Source: Promethearchaeota archaeon (lineage in GTDB: Archaea > Asgardarchaeota > Lokiarchaeia > Sigyniarchaeales > SOKP01). Taken from it: a DNA stretch of 64,000 nt. A program made the translations under genes and the position numbers. The stretch covers positions 464,485 through 528,484 of the forward strand of contig JBHLOY010000002.1 of the NCBI GenBank assembly GCA_048939995.1. Reading direction: 5' to 3'. Of this stretch, positions 19,633-30,306 are shown in pieces (the first letter of the stretch is position 1; every line of letters starts with the position of its first letter). The notes below the pieces were generated by a model. That model was not told where the DNA came from and did no database searches. It saw only the letters and a list, made by a program, of their open reading frames with translations.

Positions 19633-20415
19633 TTACTTTCTAAAATACTCAATTGCAATATATATAATTCCAATAAAAATGACGATAAGAGCGACTAATG
19701 CTGTGATTCCGGTAGTTAGATTCAGGGGGAATTGCTTTAGAAATATACCTAATAAAGCCCACAATACGACTAGACTATAAGCAACATCTTTTCTTAGAAA
19801 CAACATTAAAAACGTTATAAGTACTGCAACAACTATTACAACTATCGTTAAAATTTCTGCTAATACGCTAGGGAAAGTAACACCATTTGGAATTCCAAGG
19901 ATTACTAATACAGCAGTAACATTAGCAATTGTAGCAACTGTGATCCAACCGAGATACACACTAAAGGGAACATGTACAGCCCACTTTTCAATTTTTGAAA
20001 CTTCAGCTTTACCGATTTTTAATCTAAGATAAATCAAGAGTAGCATAACTAATATTATCAACATAGCTACTAATGATAATGGAACAAGTTGATAATGCCA
20101 GAGTAAAATCCATGTAAGATTAGCTAGGTTACTAATAATAAAGAAAACGCTGACTTTTTCTACATAAGGCATTTCTATTTTATCTGACTTAAAGATATCT
20201 CTAATTTGGTAAATTGAAAAGAGTCCAAGTAAAATGTAAATTACGCCCCAAATGGAAAATGTAAGCCCTGCGGGAACGAATAAATTGGGTATTGCATCAG
20301 ATAATTCTTGAGTAGTTCCATAACCCAGAGGTAAACTTATAGCTAAATAATTTATAATAACAGCTGCGATAAAACTGACTATATTGAGAATTTGTAAGAT
20401 CATTTTTTTATTCAT
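19633..20415 (-). CDS. Multi-pass membrane protein, tryptophan-rich sensory protein (TspO)-like
   Basis: NLFVPAGLTFSIWGVIY, PFSVYLGWITVATIAN motifs; ~8 TM. Confidence 0.72.
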   Translation of the reverse strand: MNKKMILQILNIVSFIAAVIINYLAISLPLGYGTTQELSDAIPNLFVPAGLTFSIWGVIYILLGLFSIYQIRDIFKSDKIEMPYVEKVSVFFIISNLANLTWILLWHYQLVPLSLVAMLIILVMLLLIYLRLKIGKAEVSKIEKWAVHVPFSVYLGWITVATIANVTAVLVILGIPNGVTFPSVLAEILTIVVIVVAVLITFLMLFLRKDVAYSLVVLWALLGIFLKQFPLNLTTGITALVALIVIFIGIIYIAIEYFRK

Positions 20416-20698
20416 ATTTCACACCAATTTATATTTTTTAAGATTTAAAATAATACAGCTTAGTATGTTATTTAACTTTTTTATCTAAAAATTATTAATA
20501 AATTTGAATTTCATGCATACTCTTATAGTCTCATTATTTGAAAATTTTCTACAATAAAAATTACTTTCTCCATTAAAAAATTCTTAAATTATCATACAAT
20601 TTTGTCTTAAAACTCAAAGATGTCAACAATAGTATAAGTTTAATTTATAATTTTATATTATTATTAATTAATAATTGTTTAACATAAAGGTTTTAAGC

Positions 20699-21613
20699 AT
20701 GAGAATCGACTTACTTTCTGAGGATAAGGTTATCATCACCGTTGCTATTACAGGTGGTATCCATGGAAAATGGGCAAATCCAAATTTACCTATCACTGCA
20801 GAGGAACAAGCTCAAGATGTACTAGAATGTTATGAAGCAGGAGCATCCATAGTACATGTTCATGTGAGAGGAGAAGATGGACAGAATACACCTGATCTTA
20901 AATATTATAATAAAACAATTAAATTAATTGAAGAAAAATGTCCTATCATTAAACAGATAGGAAATGGAATAGGTGCTTGGTTGGAAACGACCACGAGAAC
21001 CATGAAATCTGGCAGAAAATTAGTTCATTCTGAAATTGTTCAACCTACTCTTGAAGATCGACTGAATTTATTAAATATAGATCCACCCCCTGAAATGCAT
21101 ACGATTAATGCAGGAACATTCCAATTTCGAACTCCATATGGAAGTATAACCTTTGAAAATCCGATGGAATTCAATAGAAAATACATTAATCGATGTAAAA
21201 AAAAAGGATTTGGGATTGAAATTGAAGTTTATGATTCGAGTCATATAGCTAATATTCTGGAATTGGTTGATGAAGGGTATCTTTTACCTCCTCTACACTT
21301 TAGTATTGTGTTGGGCATTAAAGGAGGAGCACCTGCAACAATAGAAAATTTAATAAATTTAGTTCATCAAATTCCTGAAGGTTCAACATGGCAAGTTGTA
21401 ACAGTAGGTAAATTTAACTTACGAACTACTTTAATTGCGATGTGCATGGGAGCAAATGTACGAACTGGTTTAGAAGACACTATTTACTATCAGAAAGGTG
21501 AACTTGTTCAAAGTAATGCCCAATTGGTGAAAAGAATGGTTAGATTGGCCAAAGAAATCGGAAAGGAACCTGCTACAGTGGACGAAGCAAAAAGTATTTT
21601 GGGATTAAAATGA
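20699..21613 (+). CDS. Beta-keto acid cleavage enzyme (3-keto-5-aminohexanoate cleavage protein family, DUF849)
   Basis: IITVAITG, NPNLPIT, GASIVHVHVR, EIEVYD, NVRTGLEDT; ATG at 20699 preferred to TTG 20675. Confidence 0.92.
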   Translation: MRIDLLSEDKVIITVAITGGIHGKWANPNLPITAEEQAQDVLECYEAGASIVHVHVRGEDGQNTPDLKYYNKTIKLIEEKCPIIKQIGNGIGAWLETTTRTMKSGRKLVHSEIVQPTLEDRLNLLNIDPPPEMHTINAGTFQFRTPYGSITFENPMEFNRKYINRCKKKGFGIEIEVYDSSHIANILELVDEGYLLPPLHFSIVLGIKGGAPATIENLINLVHQIPEGSTWQVVTVGKFNLRTTLIAMCMGANVRTGLEDTIYYQKGELVQSNAQLVKRMVRLAKEIGKEPATVDEAKSILGLK

Positions 21614-21739
21614 CTCCTGGTTGAAGTTTGATTTTCGAACTTGATTGAGCTATTAAAATATTTAGAATTCATTGCAGAAAAATTTAAATAGACGCATATG
21701 ATACTTCTAAATTGAAATCCTTTAAAAGGGTATAATGTT

Positions 21740-22150
21740 ATGACAAATCGAAATACTTGGTTTGGATTTGGGATGACTCAAAAGCAGGCCGTTTGGGTTT
21801 TTGTTTTAGCAATTATAGGAATTTGTGTTATTAGTTTTGCTCTATTTACTATGTGTTACTCTTTATTTACGGTTCTGATATACTTTGATCCTTATTTCTA
21901 CTCCCCGAGTTACTTTTTTAGACAATTCTTAGTTTTGTTGCCTTACATATTATTTTTTGGGATTCTAATGATCTTTGCTATCTATACTGCCGTAAAATGC
22001 AGACGAATCGCTAAATTTCATTCAAGGAGCATAGATTATGAAAACTATAATGAAGTGAAGAAAGTGGATCAAAATTTTTGCCCAAATTGTGGTCAGAATC
22101 GATTGAAAAATGCCAATTTTTGTAATAATTGCGGATATAAGTGGGTATAA
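21740..22150 (+). CDS. Two-TM membrane protein with C-terminal zinc ribbon
   Basis: FCPNCG...NFCNNCG after two hydrophobic helices. Confidence 0.82.
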   Translation: MTNRNTWFGFGMTQKQAVWVFVLAIIGICVISFALFTMCYSLFTVLIYFDPYFYSPSYFFRQFLVLLPYILFFGILMIFAIYTAVKCRRIAKFHSRSIDYENYNEVKKVDQNFCPNCGQNRLKNANFCNNCGYKWV

Positions 22151-22306
22151 CCTATAATTTACTTTAAAAACCCGAAATAATATTCTAATTATGCAAGAGG
22201 TCATTGAGAAATCATCAATTACCTATTGAAATACTGAAGGATGCTAAAAAAGAACTAACATTTCATCAAATTTCTAAATTTAATAAAAATAAAATAAATT
22301 TTTAAT

Positions 22307-23761
22307 TTATTGTGGTTTTAATTCGGGATGCTCCTTTAATTCTGCTCTCATCTTTTCTAAAATTTCTCCATGTAATCCATAGGATTTGAAAAATAGGATG
22401 GATCCAATGAGCGCAATAGAAGGAAATACAAACATTAAAAGTTTGATTCCAATCTCTCTTAAAACAGGATCAGCAACGATAGGTTCATACTTGCTCCATC
22501 CAGTACCGGAAAATATGATATAGATGGTTGTAATTCCTAGTATCATCGAGAAGCGGTGAATAAATGCATTTACACCATAATAACTGCCAGCTCTTCTAAC
22601 TCCAAATTTAAGGGCATCTTGATCAATTATATCCCCATGAATTAAATCAATAAAATATAATACAGCAGATAATCCAAATCCTATTGTTGCAAAAACTACA
22701 AATGATAATGTCCTGCTTAATTCATTATCAGACAAAAGGATTAAGGGGAACAAAGTGATAATCCATATTCCCATCCCTATCATTAGTCCTTTACGTGTAC
22801 CTAATTTCTTTCTAATCCAAGATTGAAGCGGCATAAAAAAGGCAGCAAAAAGAAGCGCTAGCATCAAGGTAACTCCAATTAATAGATCTCCCTCACCCCT
22901 TTTCAGTACATGAACAGCGTAGAGAGGAAATACTGTTAATAATACGTTAAAACAATACCATATTAGCATATTTCCAAACGTGAATTTTAGAAATGTTTTA
23001 TTGGAAAAAGTTATTCTTAATGATTTAAAGAATCCGGGTCTCTTTTCGAAATCAGTTCTCTGTTCTTCTTTTTCTTTCACACCTAAAAAGATGAATATTG
23101 TTGCCATAACTCCTATTATTACACTTAGAAAAATGCCCGCAAAAATATACTCAAATTGAATTTTAGCGACTTGTTCTACATAGCCAATTGGAGAAGTTTC
23201 GGGATCGATTGTTGGAGCTAAAGGAGTAATAATAAAGGTAGGAATAAGTGAAGCTAATATAACAGCAAGCATTGTAAAACTTTTAATAAATACATTAACA
23301 TCCCCTCTTTGCTTTTCAGTTGGAAACATTTCAGGGAATACTGCGTTTGTATTTACTGAAAACATCGTATAAAATAACTCAAATGTAAAGATAATTATTA
23401 AGAAATACCAGAACTCAAAACCAAACTCTGAGGAAATGAACGGATTTCTTGCAGTGACAGTAAAAAGAAAAATCATTATCAATGAGAGGGGGATAAATGA
23501 AATTATTAAATAAAACTTCCTTTTTCCTAATTTACCTTTCTGTTTAGTTTTTTCGCTTAAAGCTCCAAGGAGAGGGTCGTTAAACATATTCCAGATACCC
23601 CAGAGAACGAAACCTATCCACATTTCAAGCATACTAAGCCCTACGACAGCAAAGTAATAGGTAAACACGTAAATGGTAAATGCTTGATAAGTTATTTGAT
23701 CTGGAAATGCATTCGTGCCAAATAGTATTCTTTCTTTTAAAGTTATTTTTCTTTCACTCAT
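22307..23761 (-). CDS. MFS transporter, GPH/MelB-like (MFS_2) family
   Basis: IWNMFNDPLLGALSEKT...GKRK, DIIDQD...RRAGSYYG; ~12 TM. Confidence 0.9.
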   Translation of the reverse strand: MSERKITLKERILFGTNAFPDQITYQAFTIYVFTYYFAVVGLSMLEMWIGFVLWGIWNMFNDPLLGALSEKTKQKGKLGKRKFYLIISFIPLSLIMIFLFTVTARNPFISSEFGFEFWYFLIIIFTFELFYTMFSVNTNAVFPEMFPTEKQRGDVNVFIKSFTMLAVILASLIPTFIITPLAPTIDPETSPIGYVEQVAKIQFEYIFAGIFLSVIIGVMATIFIFLGVKEKEEQRTDFEKRPGFFKSLRITFSNKTFLKFTFGNMLIWYCFNVLLTVFPLYAVHVLKRGEGDLLIGVTLMLALLFAAFFMPLQSWIRKKLGTRKGLMIGMGIWIITLFPLILLSDNELSRTLSFVVFATIGFGLSAVLYFIDLIHGDIIDQDALKFGVRRAGSYYGVNAFIHRFSMILGITTIYIIFSGTGWSKYEPIVADPVLREIGIKLLMFVFPSIALIGSILFFKSYGLHGEILEKMRAELKEHPELKPQ

Positions 23762-23943
23762 TTAATATCCCTTACTGATATTTATTTTTGCAATAAAAGA
23801 TAATTAAATGTATTTAAATTTTGATCTTTTTAAAACTATAGTAAATCAAATGTAAGTTAAATTACATAAAATTCATTTAATTAGTATCATATTCTAATTT
23901 AATTGAAAATTACCCTATTTATAATGAATAAGTTTGAGTTAAT

Positions 23944-24528
23944 ATGACAGATTTGAGTATTGAAGTTACTTATTTTGAAAAAGGTGGACCACAGAATACT
24001 GATAAGGCATTGGAAATTGCAAAAAAATATGCTGATCAGTTTAATATAAAGGATATTGTTATAGCTAGCACAACTGGTACAACTGCTGAGAAATCATTAG
24101 ATTATTTTAATCCAAATAATTACAATATTATTGTTGTTACACATTCATATTATTTTGCAGGAGCGGATAAAAGACAGGAATTCCCAGAAGAGAAACTAAT
24201 TTCACTAAATGGTAAAGGATTAAAATTTTTTATTGGAACCCATGGATTTGCCGGTCCAGAAAGGAGTATTCGAATCTCACTAAAACAATGGGGACCTGTT
24301 GAAATTATGGCAAAATATTTACGTACAGCATTTAGCCAAGGAGTAAAGGTCTGTATGGAAATGGCAACTATGGTTGTTGATGCAGGCTTACTTTCAGATA
24401 TTGAAAAAGACATTATTTGCGTAGGAGGTACAGGTCGTGGAGCAGATACAGTATGCCTTATTAAACCAATGCCCACAAGCCTGCTTCATCAACTACGAGT
24501 CAAGGCAATTTTAGCTAAACCGGTGTAA
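23944..24528 (+). CDS. Stand-alone pyruvate kinase alpha/beta (PK_C, MTH1675-like) domain protein
   Basis: YFEKGGPQNT, IVIASTTG.TA, QGVKVCME, GGTGRGADT. Confidence 0.85.
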   Translation: MTDLSIEVTYFEKGGPQNTDKALEIAKKYADQFNIKDIVIASTTGTTAEKSLDYFNPNNYNIIVVTHSYYFAGADKRQEFPEEKLISLNGKGLKFFIGTHGFAGPERSIRISLKQWGPVEIMAKYLRTAFSQGVKVCMEMATMVVDAGLLSDIEKDIICVGGTGRGADTVCLIKPMPTSLLHQLRVKAILAKPV

Positions 24529-24694
24529 GTGTTCAATAAGTAAAAAGATAAAAATTATTCAATTTTTTTTCCATTGGAAAAACTAAATTTTAAATATAAT
24601 ACAAAAAAGAACGTTTCTATAATCGTATTTCCAAATACTTAGAGAAAAAACAAAGAGAAAAAAAATTTAATTAAAATTTATTGTTCTTTCGCGT

Positions 24695-25102
24695 TTAGCT
24701 TCTCTGTTTGATATAAGAGATAATAAAAAAAGCTACCATGATGCTTAATAAGATTAGATCGAGTATACTCTGAAATATAGTTCGAGCGTTAAATGTTGAG
24801 ATATATAGACCTATTATCGTTGCTTCGATGATTAATGTCGCTAAAAACATAGCAATAAAAAACATAAAGGTTAATGAAATCTGTTCCCATTCCTTTTTGC
24901 GCAACATTATGATTGCAAAAAGAGATCCAATAAAGCAAATTCCCCCAAAGAGTCTTGGATGTAAAGGATTTGTCCATCCCTCTGTATTTAATGTTAAATC
25001 CCATAAAAATACAAGCATAAGCCCATAGAGAAAAGGAATAATCGCAACCACTATAAGTGCGATTTTTGTTAATTTTTTAACTTCGGTCATTTTTCTTATC
25101 AA
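24695..25102 (-). CDS. Four-TM membrane protein, unknown function
   Basis: Four hydrophobic helices, HPRLFGG motif; start may be the ATG at 25090. Confidence 0.7.
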   Translation of the reverse strand: MIRKMTEVKKLTKIALIVVAIIPFLYGLMLVFLWDLTLNTEGWTNPLHPRLFGGICFIGSLFAIIMLRKKEWEQISLTFMFFIAMFLATLIIEATIIGLYISTFNARTIFQSILDLILLSIMVAFFIISYIKQRS

Positions 25103-25233
25103 CCTACAATTAATTTTTATTGGAATTTCTTACCTTAATAAGAAATTAAAGTTCAATAAATTGAACGATTATAAAAGTTTTACTCTTTTGTAAAAATTTA
25201 TTAAATCAAATAAAAAAGAAAAAAAGAAAGAAC

Positions 25234-26424
25234 CTATATAATATCTAATTTTTTTCCTACTTTTTCAATAGCACTTAAAGCCATTGTTAAATCGTCCTTA
25301 GTAAGTAAAGCATTCATTTGTACTCTAATTCGAGATAATTCTCTTGCAACCATTGGGAAAACAATAGGTGTACCATATATATTTTCTTCATCAAATAGGA
25401 TTCTTGCTAATTCTTGGGCTTTTCCAGGATCACCAATAATTAGCGGAATAATAGGAGTTTGGGAGTTACCAGTATCATATCCCATACTTTCAACTTCTTT
25501 TTTGAAGTAATCTGTGTGTTGCCATACCCTTTTTACATGTTCTGGTTCGCTTTCAACAACTTCAATAGATGCTTTATTCGCAGCTACTACTCCAGGAGGA
25601 TGCGCTGTACTTAAAAGATATGTTCTACTTTTATTTGCACAAAATTCAATTAAATCCTTTGAGCCTGCCACAGTTCCACCAAAGACACCAAAACCTTTGC
25701 TCATTGAGCCTCCTTCAACATGAACCTTCCCTTGAAGCTTGAAATGTGCCACAATGCCTCTACCTTCCCCAAGCACTCCTTCTCCATGGCAATCATCAAC
25801 AAAAATCATGGCTCCGAAATCCTCCGCAACTTTAACAATTCTATCTAATGGTGCCATGTCACCGTCCATACTAAAAACACCGTCAGTTATGATACAAATT
25901 CTCCTGGCTCCTTCTTTTTCTGCTTCCTTTAATTGTCTTTCTAAATCTGCTATATCACGATGTTTGTAAATAATTCTTTTAGCCCCTGATAGTCTTACTC
26001 CATCTATAATGGAACCATGATTTAATTCATCTGAAACGACAATATCAGGTTTTCCAACTAACATGGGAATTAAACCCGAGTTTACAGCAAATCCAGTTTG
26101 ACAAAGTAATGAAGCTTCTACTTCTTTAAATTCAGCAAATTTTTTTTCAAATTGTTTTGTCAAATCAAATGAACCTGCAATAACAGGGACAGCTCCCGCT
26201 CCAGCGCCGTACTTTTTTGTAGCTTCAATAGAAGCTTGGATGACTTTTGGATGTGTCGCTAAACCAAGGTAATTGTTAGTATTAAGCATTAGTACTTTTT
26301 TACCATCAACAGTAGAGTGTGGTTTCGAACCTTCTTCTAGATATCGAATGATCCATTCAAGATTGTTATTTCTTAATTCAGTCATATCCTCCTTAAGAAA
26401 AGCAACAGGATCTCTCTTCATCAT
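25234..26424 (-). CDS. kbl: Glycine C-acetyltransferase (2-amino-3-ketobutyrate CoA ligase), AONS/KBL PLP family
   Basis: NNYLGLA, DELNHGSIIDG, DGVFSMDGD, DDCHG, SMSKGFG (PLP Lys), RIRVQ; divergent from threonine dehydrogenase. Confidence 0.88.
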   Translation of the reverse strand: MMKRDPVAFLKEDMTELRNNNLEWIIRYLEEGSKPHSTVDGKKVLMLNTNNYLGLATHPKVIQASIEATKKYGAGAGAVPVIAGSFDLTKQFEKKFAEFKEVEASLLCQTGFAVNSGLIPMLVGKPDIVVSDELNHGSIIDGVRLSGAKRIIYKHRDIADLERQLKEAEKEGARRICIITDGVFSMDGDMAPLDRIVKVAEDFGAMIFVDDCHGEGVLGEGRGIVAHFKLQGKVHVEGGSMSKGFGVFGGTVAGSKDLIEFCANKSRTYLLSTAHPPGVVAANKASIEVVESEPEHVKRVWQHTDYFKKEVESMGYDTGNSQTPIIPLIIGDPGKAQELARILFDEENIYGTPIVFPMVARELSRIRVQMNALLTKDDLTMALSAIEKVGKKLDII

Positions 26425-26605
26425 AACACCTTAAATTTTTTTGAAAATAGTGAGTTAAATTATAATTTATGTGTATTATGAAAAGTATTTTAGTTTTACT
26501 TATCCTATAATTATGGATTAATGTTAGAATTTTATGAATAAACCTTTTTTTATGGAGTAAATTATGAATTATACTAATAATTTTTCATTTTAAAATCTGA
26601 TAAAA

Positions 26606-27550
26606 ATGAGAAGAATTCTAGTGATAGGAGCTGCTGGTCAAATCGGAAGTGAATTAGTACCATTTCTAAGAGAAAAATATGGTAATGATAATGTAGTTGC
26701 TACCGGAAGAAAAACTCCACTTCCAGATGAAATTAGAGAATCTGGTCCTGTTATTTACCTAGATGCCTTAGAACGTAATAATCTTTCACGAGTCTTCTAT
26801 GAGTATGAAATAGACACGATCTATCATTTGGCCTCAATTCTATCTGCTACTGGAGAGAAAATGCCTCAAACTGCTTGGGATATAAACATGAACGGATTAA
26901 TTAATGTACTCGAAGCTGGCAGAAGATATAAAGTTAAGAATGTAATTTGGCCAAGTTCAATTGCTGCTTTTGGACCTACTACTCCAAGAGATAATACTCC
27001 TAACATTACAATATTACAACCTACAACGATGTATGGTATTACTAAAGTCGCCGGAGAACTCTTAGCAGAATACTATTATAAAAAATATAAACTTGATGTT
27101 CGCTCAATGAGGCTCCCTGGAATAATAAGTAGCGAAACACTCCCTGGAGGAGGTACTACGGATTATGCTGTTGAGATCTTTTATGAAGCAATCAAGAATA
27201 AGCAATATACTTGTTTTCTTAAAGAAGAAACTGTTTTACCTATGATGTATATGCCCGACTGTCTTAAATGTATGATCGATATATTAGAAGCAAATAATTC
27301 AAAATTGAAGCGTAGAGTTTATAATATTACAGGCATGAGTTTTTCTGCGGGAGAGATTGCTGCCGAGATTAAAAAACATATTCCTGACTTTCAAATCGAT
27401 TATAATCCAGATTTCAGACAAGAAATTGCAGATTCATGGCCAAAATCGATTGATGACTCTTTAGCTCGAGAAGAATGGAATTGGAATCCATCCTATGATC
27501 TAGCTTCTATGACAAAGGATATGATTGATATCTTAAGTAAACGGCTTTAA
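26606..27550 (+). CDS. tdh: L-threonine 3-dehydrogenase, SDR type
   Basis: GAAGQIG, HLASILSATGE, PSSIAAFG, YGITK, PGGGTTDYAV, LPMMYMPD, IADSWP. Confidence 0.9.
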   Translation: MRRILVIGAAGQIGSELVPFLREKYGNDNVVATGRKTPLPDEIRESGPVIYLDALERNNLSRVFYEYEIDTIYHLASILSATGEKMPQTAWDINMNGLINVLEAGRRYKVKNVIWPSSIAAFGPTTPRDNTPNITILQPTTMYGITKVAGELLAEYYYKKYKLDVRSMRLPGIISSETLPGGGTTDYAVEIFYEAIKNKQYTCFLKEETVLPMMYMPDCLKCMIDILEANNSKLKRRVYNITGMSFSAGEIAAEIKKHIPDFQIDYNPDFRQEIADSWPKSIDDSLAREEWNWNPSYDLASMTKDMIDILSKRL

Positions 27551-27619
27551 TAATTTTTTTTGCTTCTATTTTATTTTATAAAATATATAAAATGTTAGAT
27601 GTATAATACATTGATATAA

Positions 27620-28447
27620 ATGAATCAAGAAACTAAGGACTTACCAATTGTAAGTGTAGATTATTGGACATATTTTGCTAATGAATTAGTAAAATTAGCG
27701 ACTTTAAAATTTAAAGGTAAGATACTTGATGTAGGCACAGGAAGTGGTGCTTGTTTAATTGCAGTTGTAGATAAATTAGGTGAAAATTGTCATTTAGTTG
27801 GTATTGATAAAAACGAAGCTAAGATATCCCAAGCAAGAAACACTTTTAAAAATATTTTTGTAGGAAGTGCTCAATTCAGAACTATGGAGGCATCCAATTT
27901 AAAATTCAACGATAATAGTTTTGACAATATTTTATGTGGTTTTATAGGTTTTAGTGATTCTTATGATTTTAAAAATAACCAATTTATTGGTAAGAATGCA
28001 AAAATGAAAGAGATTTTTAGAGTCTTAAAATCAGGAGGAGAAGCTGCTTTTAGTACATGGGAATACCAACAAGATATTGAAGTTGCAAGAGGGTTGTTAC
28101 AAAAATATCTCAGACATAAAAATATGAAAAAAAATAATGATATTGAAAATTTATCTATCAGTTATAGCAAAGAATCAGTTGATGGCTTTAAATTAATTAT
28201 GAAAGATGCTGGGTTCAACAATATCAAGATTTTCTCTAAAAATTATAATATAGTTTATAAATCTGTTGATGAATGGTGGGATGTAATGAAATTTGCCGCT
28301 TGGATAATGAGATATACCTTAAATCACGATCCTGATAAGCTCAATGATCTTAAAGAAACTTGTCTACCTCAGGGAATTAGAGCTTTTAAAAAAGATGAAG
28401 GATACGCCTTTCAAAAATCTGTGATTTTTGCATATGGAGCGAAATAA
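27620..28447 (+). CDS. Class I SAM-dependent methyltransferase (UbiE-like)
   Basis: ILDVGTGSG, VGID, FNDNSFD, EIFRVLKSGG. Confidence 0.88.
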   Translation: MNQETKDLPIVSVDYWTYFANELVKLATLKFKGKILDVGTGSGACLIAVVDKLGENCHLVGIDKNEAKISQARNTFKNIFVGSAQFRTMEASNLKFNDNSFDNILCGFIGFSDSYDFKNNQFIGKNAKMKEIFRVLKSGGEAAFSTWEYQQDIEVARGLLQKYLRHKNMKKNNDIENLSISYSKESVDGFKLIMKDAGFNNIKIFSKNYNIVYKSVDEWWDVMKFAAWIMRYTLNHDPDKLNDLKETCLPQGIRAFKKDEGYAFQKSVIFAYGAK

Positions 28448-28518
28448 AGCTAACTTAAAAAATAAGTCTAAAAGATTATAATTTAATAAATTATCTTAAC
28501 TGGGTAAAATTTATTTAG

Positions 28519-28644
28519 AATGAAATTGAAGTAGATTTATCTTTAATACTAATGGCAAATTCTCGAGTTTCTTATAAAGAATTAGCAGATACTTTTAATA
28601 TGAGTATCAATTCCATTCATAAATGTGTTAAAATTTCATATTAA
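28519..28644 (+). pseudogene. Remnant of a Lrp/AsnC-type winged HTH regulator
   Basis: Translates NEIEVDLSLILMANSRVSYKELADTFNMSINSIHKCVKISY*; preceded in frame by TAG and truncated right after the HTH. Confidence 0.6.
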
Positions 28645-28682
28645 ATAATAAAAGAATTAAATTAAAGGATTTGAAATTAAAA

Positions 28683-29480
28683 ATGGAAGTTAAAGAAAAA
28701 AGTCAATCAAAACTTGAAGATAAATTAGATCCTAATAATGACTATGTGATTATTATTAAAGACCTAGTAAAAAAGTACGAGGATGTTGTTGCTGTTAATG
28801 GTTTGAACCTTAAGATTAAAAGAGGAGAATTATTTAGTCTTCTAGGTCCAAATGGAGCAGGAAAAACTACTACTATAAATATTTTGAATACTCTAATAAA
28901 ACCAACAGAAGGTTCGGCACTCGTAGGAGGGTATGATATTGGGAAAGATTCGAATAATATTAAAGAGATGATTGGTGTTTGTCCTCAAGAAGCTGCTATT
29001 TATAAGTTCCTTACAGGTAAGGAGAATCTTGAGTTATTCGGTTACCTCCAAGGAATGCCTAAAAGTTTGATAAAAGAGAGATCTGATCATTTGCTAAAAC
29101 TTTTGGATTTTGTTGATGCAAGTAAAAGAAAAGTAAAAGGATATAGTGGTGGTATGCTCCGTCAGTTGAATATGTTAATTGCCTTGCTTCATGATCCTGA
29201 AGTAGCCTTTCTTGATGAACCAACTGTAGGAATGGATCCAAGAGCTCGAAGAAAGGTTTGGGAATTTATTGCTAATCTTAAAAATCAGAATAAAACGATT
29301 ATTTTAACAACCCATTATATGGAAGAAGCTGAAGCACTAAGTGATAGAGTAGGGATTATCGACTATGGTGAACTAATAGCGCTCGGGACACCCAAAGAAT
29401 TACTAAAAAAATATGAATCTAAGAATCTAGAAGAAGTTTTTCTAGAAATAACTGGAAGAAGAATCTTGGAGGGAATCTAA
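28683..29480 (+). CDS. ABC-2 type exporter ATP-binding subunit (DrrA-like)
   Basis: GPNGAGKTT, YSGGM, FLDEPT, TTHYMEEAE. Confidence 0.93.
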   Translation: MEVKEKSQSKLEDKLDPNNDYVIIIKDLVKKYEDVVAVNGLNLKIKRGELFSLLGPNGAGKTTTINILNTLIKPTEGSALVGGYDIGKDSNNIKEMIGVCPQEAAIYKFLTGKENLELFGYLQGMPKSLIKERSDHLLKLLDFVDASKRKVKGYSGGMLRQLNMLIALLHDPEVAFLDEPTVGMDPRARRKVWEFIANLKNQNKTIILTTHYMEEAEALSDRVGIIDYGELIALGTPKELLKKYESKNLEEVFLEITGRRILEGI

Positions 29481-29482
29481 AA

Positions 29483-30235
29483 ATGAATATGGATAGAGTT
29501 TTAGCCTTAGTAAAAATGCAACTAAAGAAAATCATCAGGGAACCAGCTTACTTATTTTTAATGATCCTATTTCCTGCTGCCTTAACATTTGTTTTCGGAT
29601 TAGCTTTTGGTTTCATTGAGTCTGGAATTCCTGGAGAAACTCAATTTGACGTCATGGCTCCCGGATTATTTGCCTATGCGTGTATATTTATAATTATGAT
29701 TGTTGCCCAATCTTTCGCTGATGATCGTGAGCAAGGATTACTTAAAAGGATAAATGTCACCCCTACTAGCCCTACAGAATTTATGGGAAGCTATATTATC
29801 TCAAATACTCTACTTTCCATTATACAAGTACTTATTGTAACAGGTTGTGCACTTATTATAGGTTTTCGACCTATAGGGGGGGTTGGAGGTTTCTCATTTG
29901 CATTCATTTACATAATGTTACTTTCAATATGTTCTGTTGGATTTGGTCTCATTACTGCAACAGTTTCCAAAAGCTCTGGAACTGCTACTGGCTTGTCATT
30001 CATCTTTATACTGCCGCAAATGTTTTTTGGTACGTTTGTCCCATTAAATGACGCAACAAGAATTATTGCTTTATTTTTGCCGAGTTATTATGCAACTGAT
30101 GCATTAACGATATTGTTTCGCGGAGGATCAATATTGAACTTAACTATTTGGATAGAACTAGGAATATTATCATTAATGGCTATTGGCATTATTATCCTTG
30201 GAATCCTTTTATTCAAAAAATATGGGAAAATTTAA
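29483..30235 (+). CDS. ABC-2 type exporter permease
   Basis: Six TM, DREQGLLKRINVTP motif; 2 bp after the ATPase gene. Confidence 0.9.
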   Translation: MNMDRVLALVKMQLKKIIREPAYLFLMILFPAALTFVFGLAFGFIESGIPGETQFDVMAPGLFAYACIFIIMIVAQSFADDREQGLLKRINVTPTSPTEFMGSYIISNTLLSIIQVLIVTGCALIIGFRPIGGVGGFSFAFIYIMLLSICSVGFGLITATVSKSSGTATGLSFIFILPQMFFGTFVPLNDATRIIALFLPSYYATDALTILFRGGSILNLTIWIELGILSLMAIGIIILGILLFKKYGKI

Positions 30236-30306
30236 AATTTAATTAACTTTTTTATCAATTTTTTATTTCTTTTTAATAATAATTTCTTAACTTAAATGTG
30301 ATTTAA

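Noticed and set aside
22151-22306. Possible small ORF or gene remnant between convergent genes
   Set aside because: Only ~30 coding-like codons with no recognisable motif; cannot be supported
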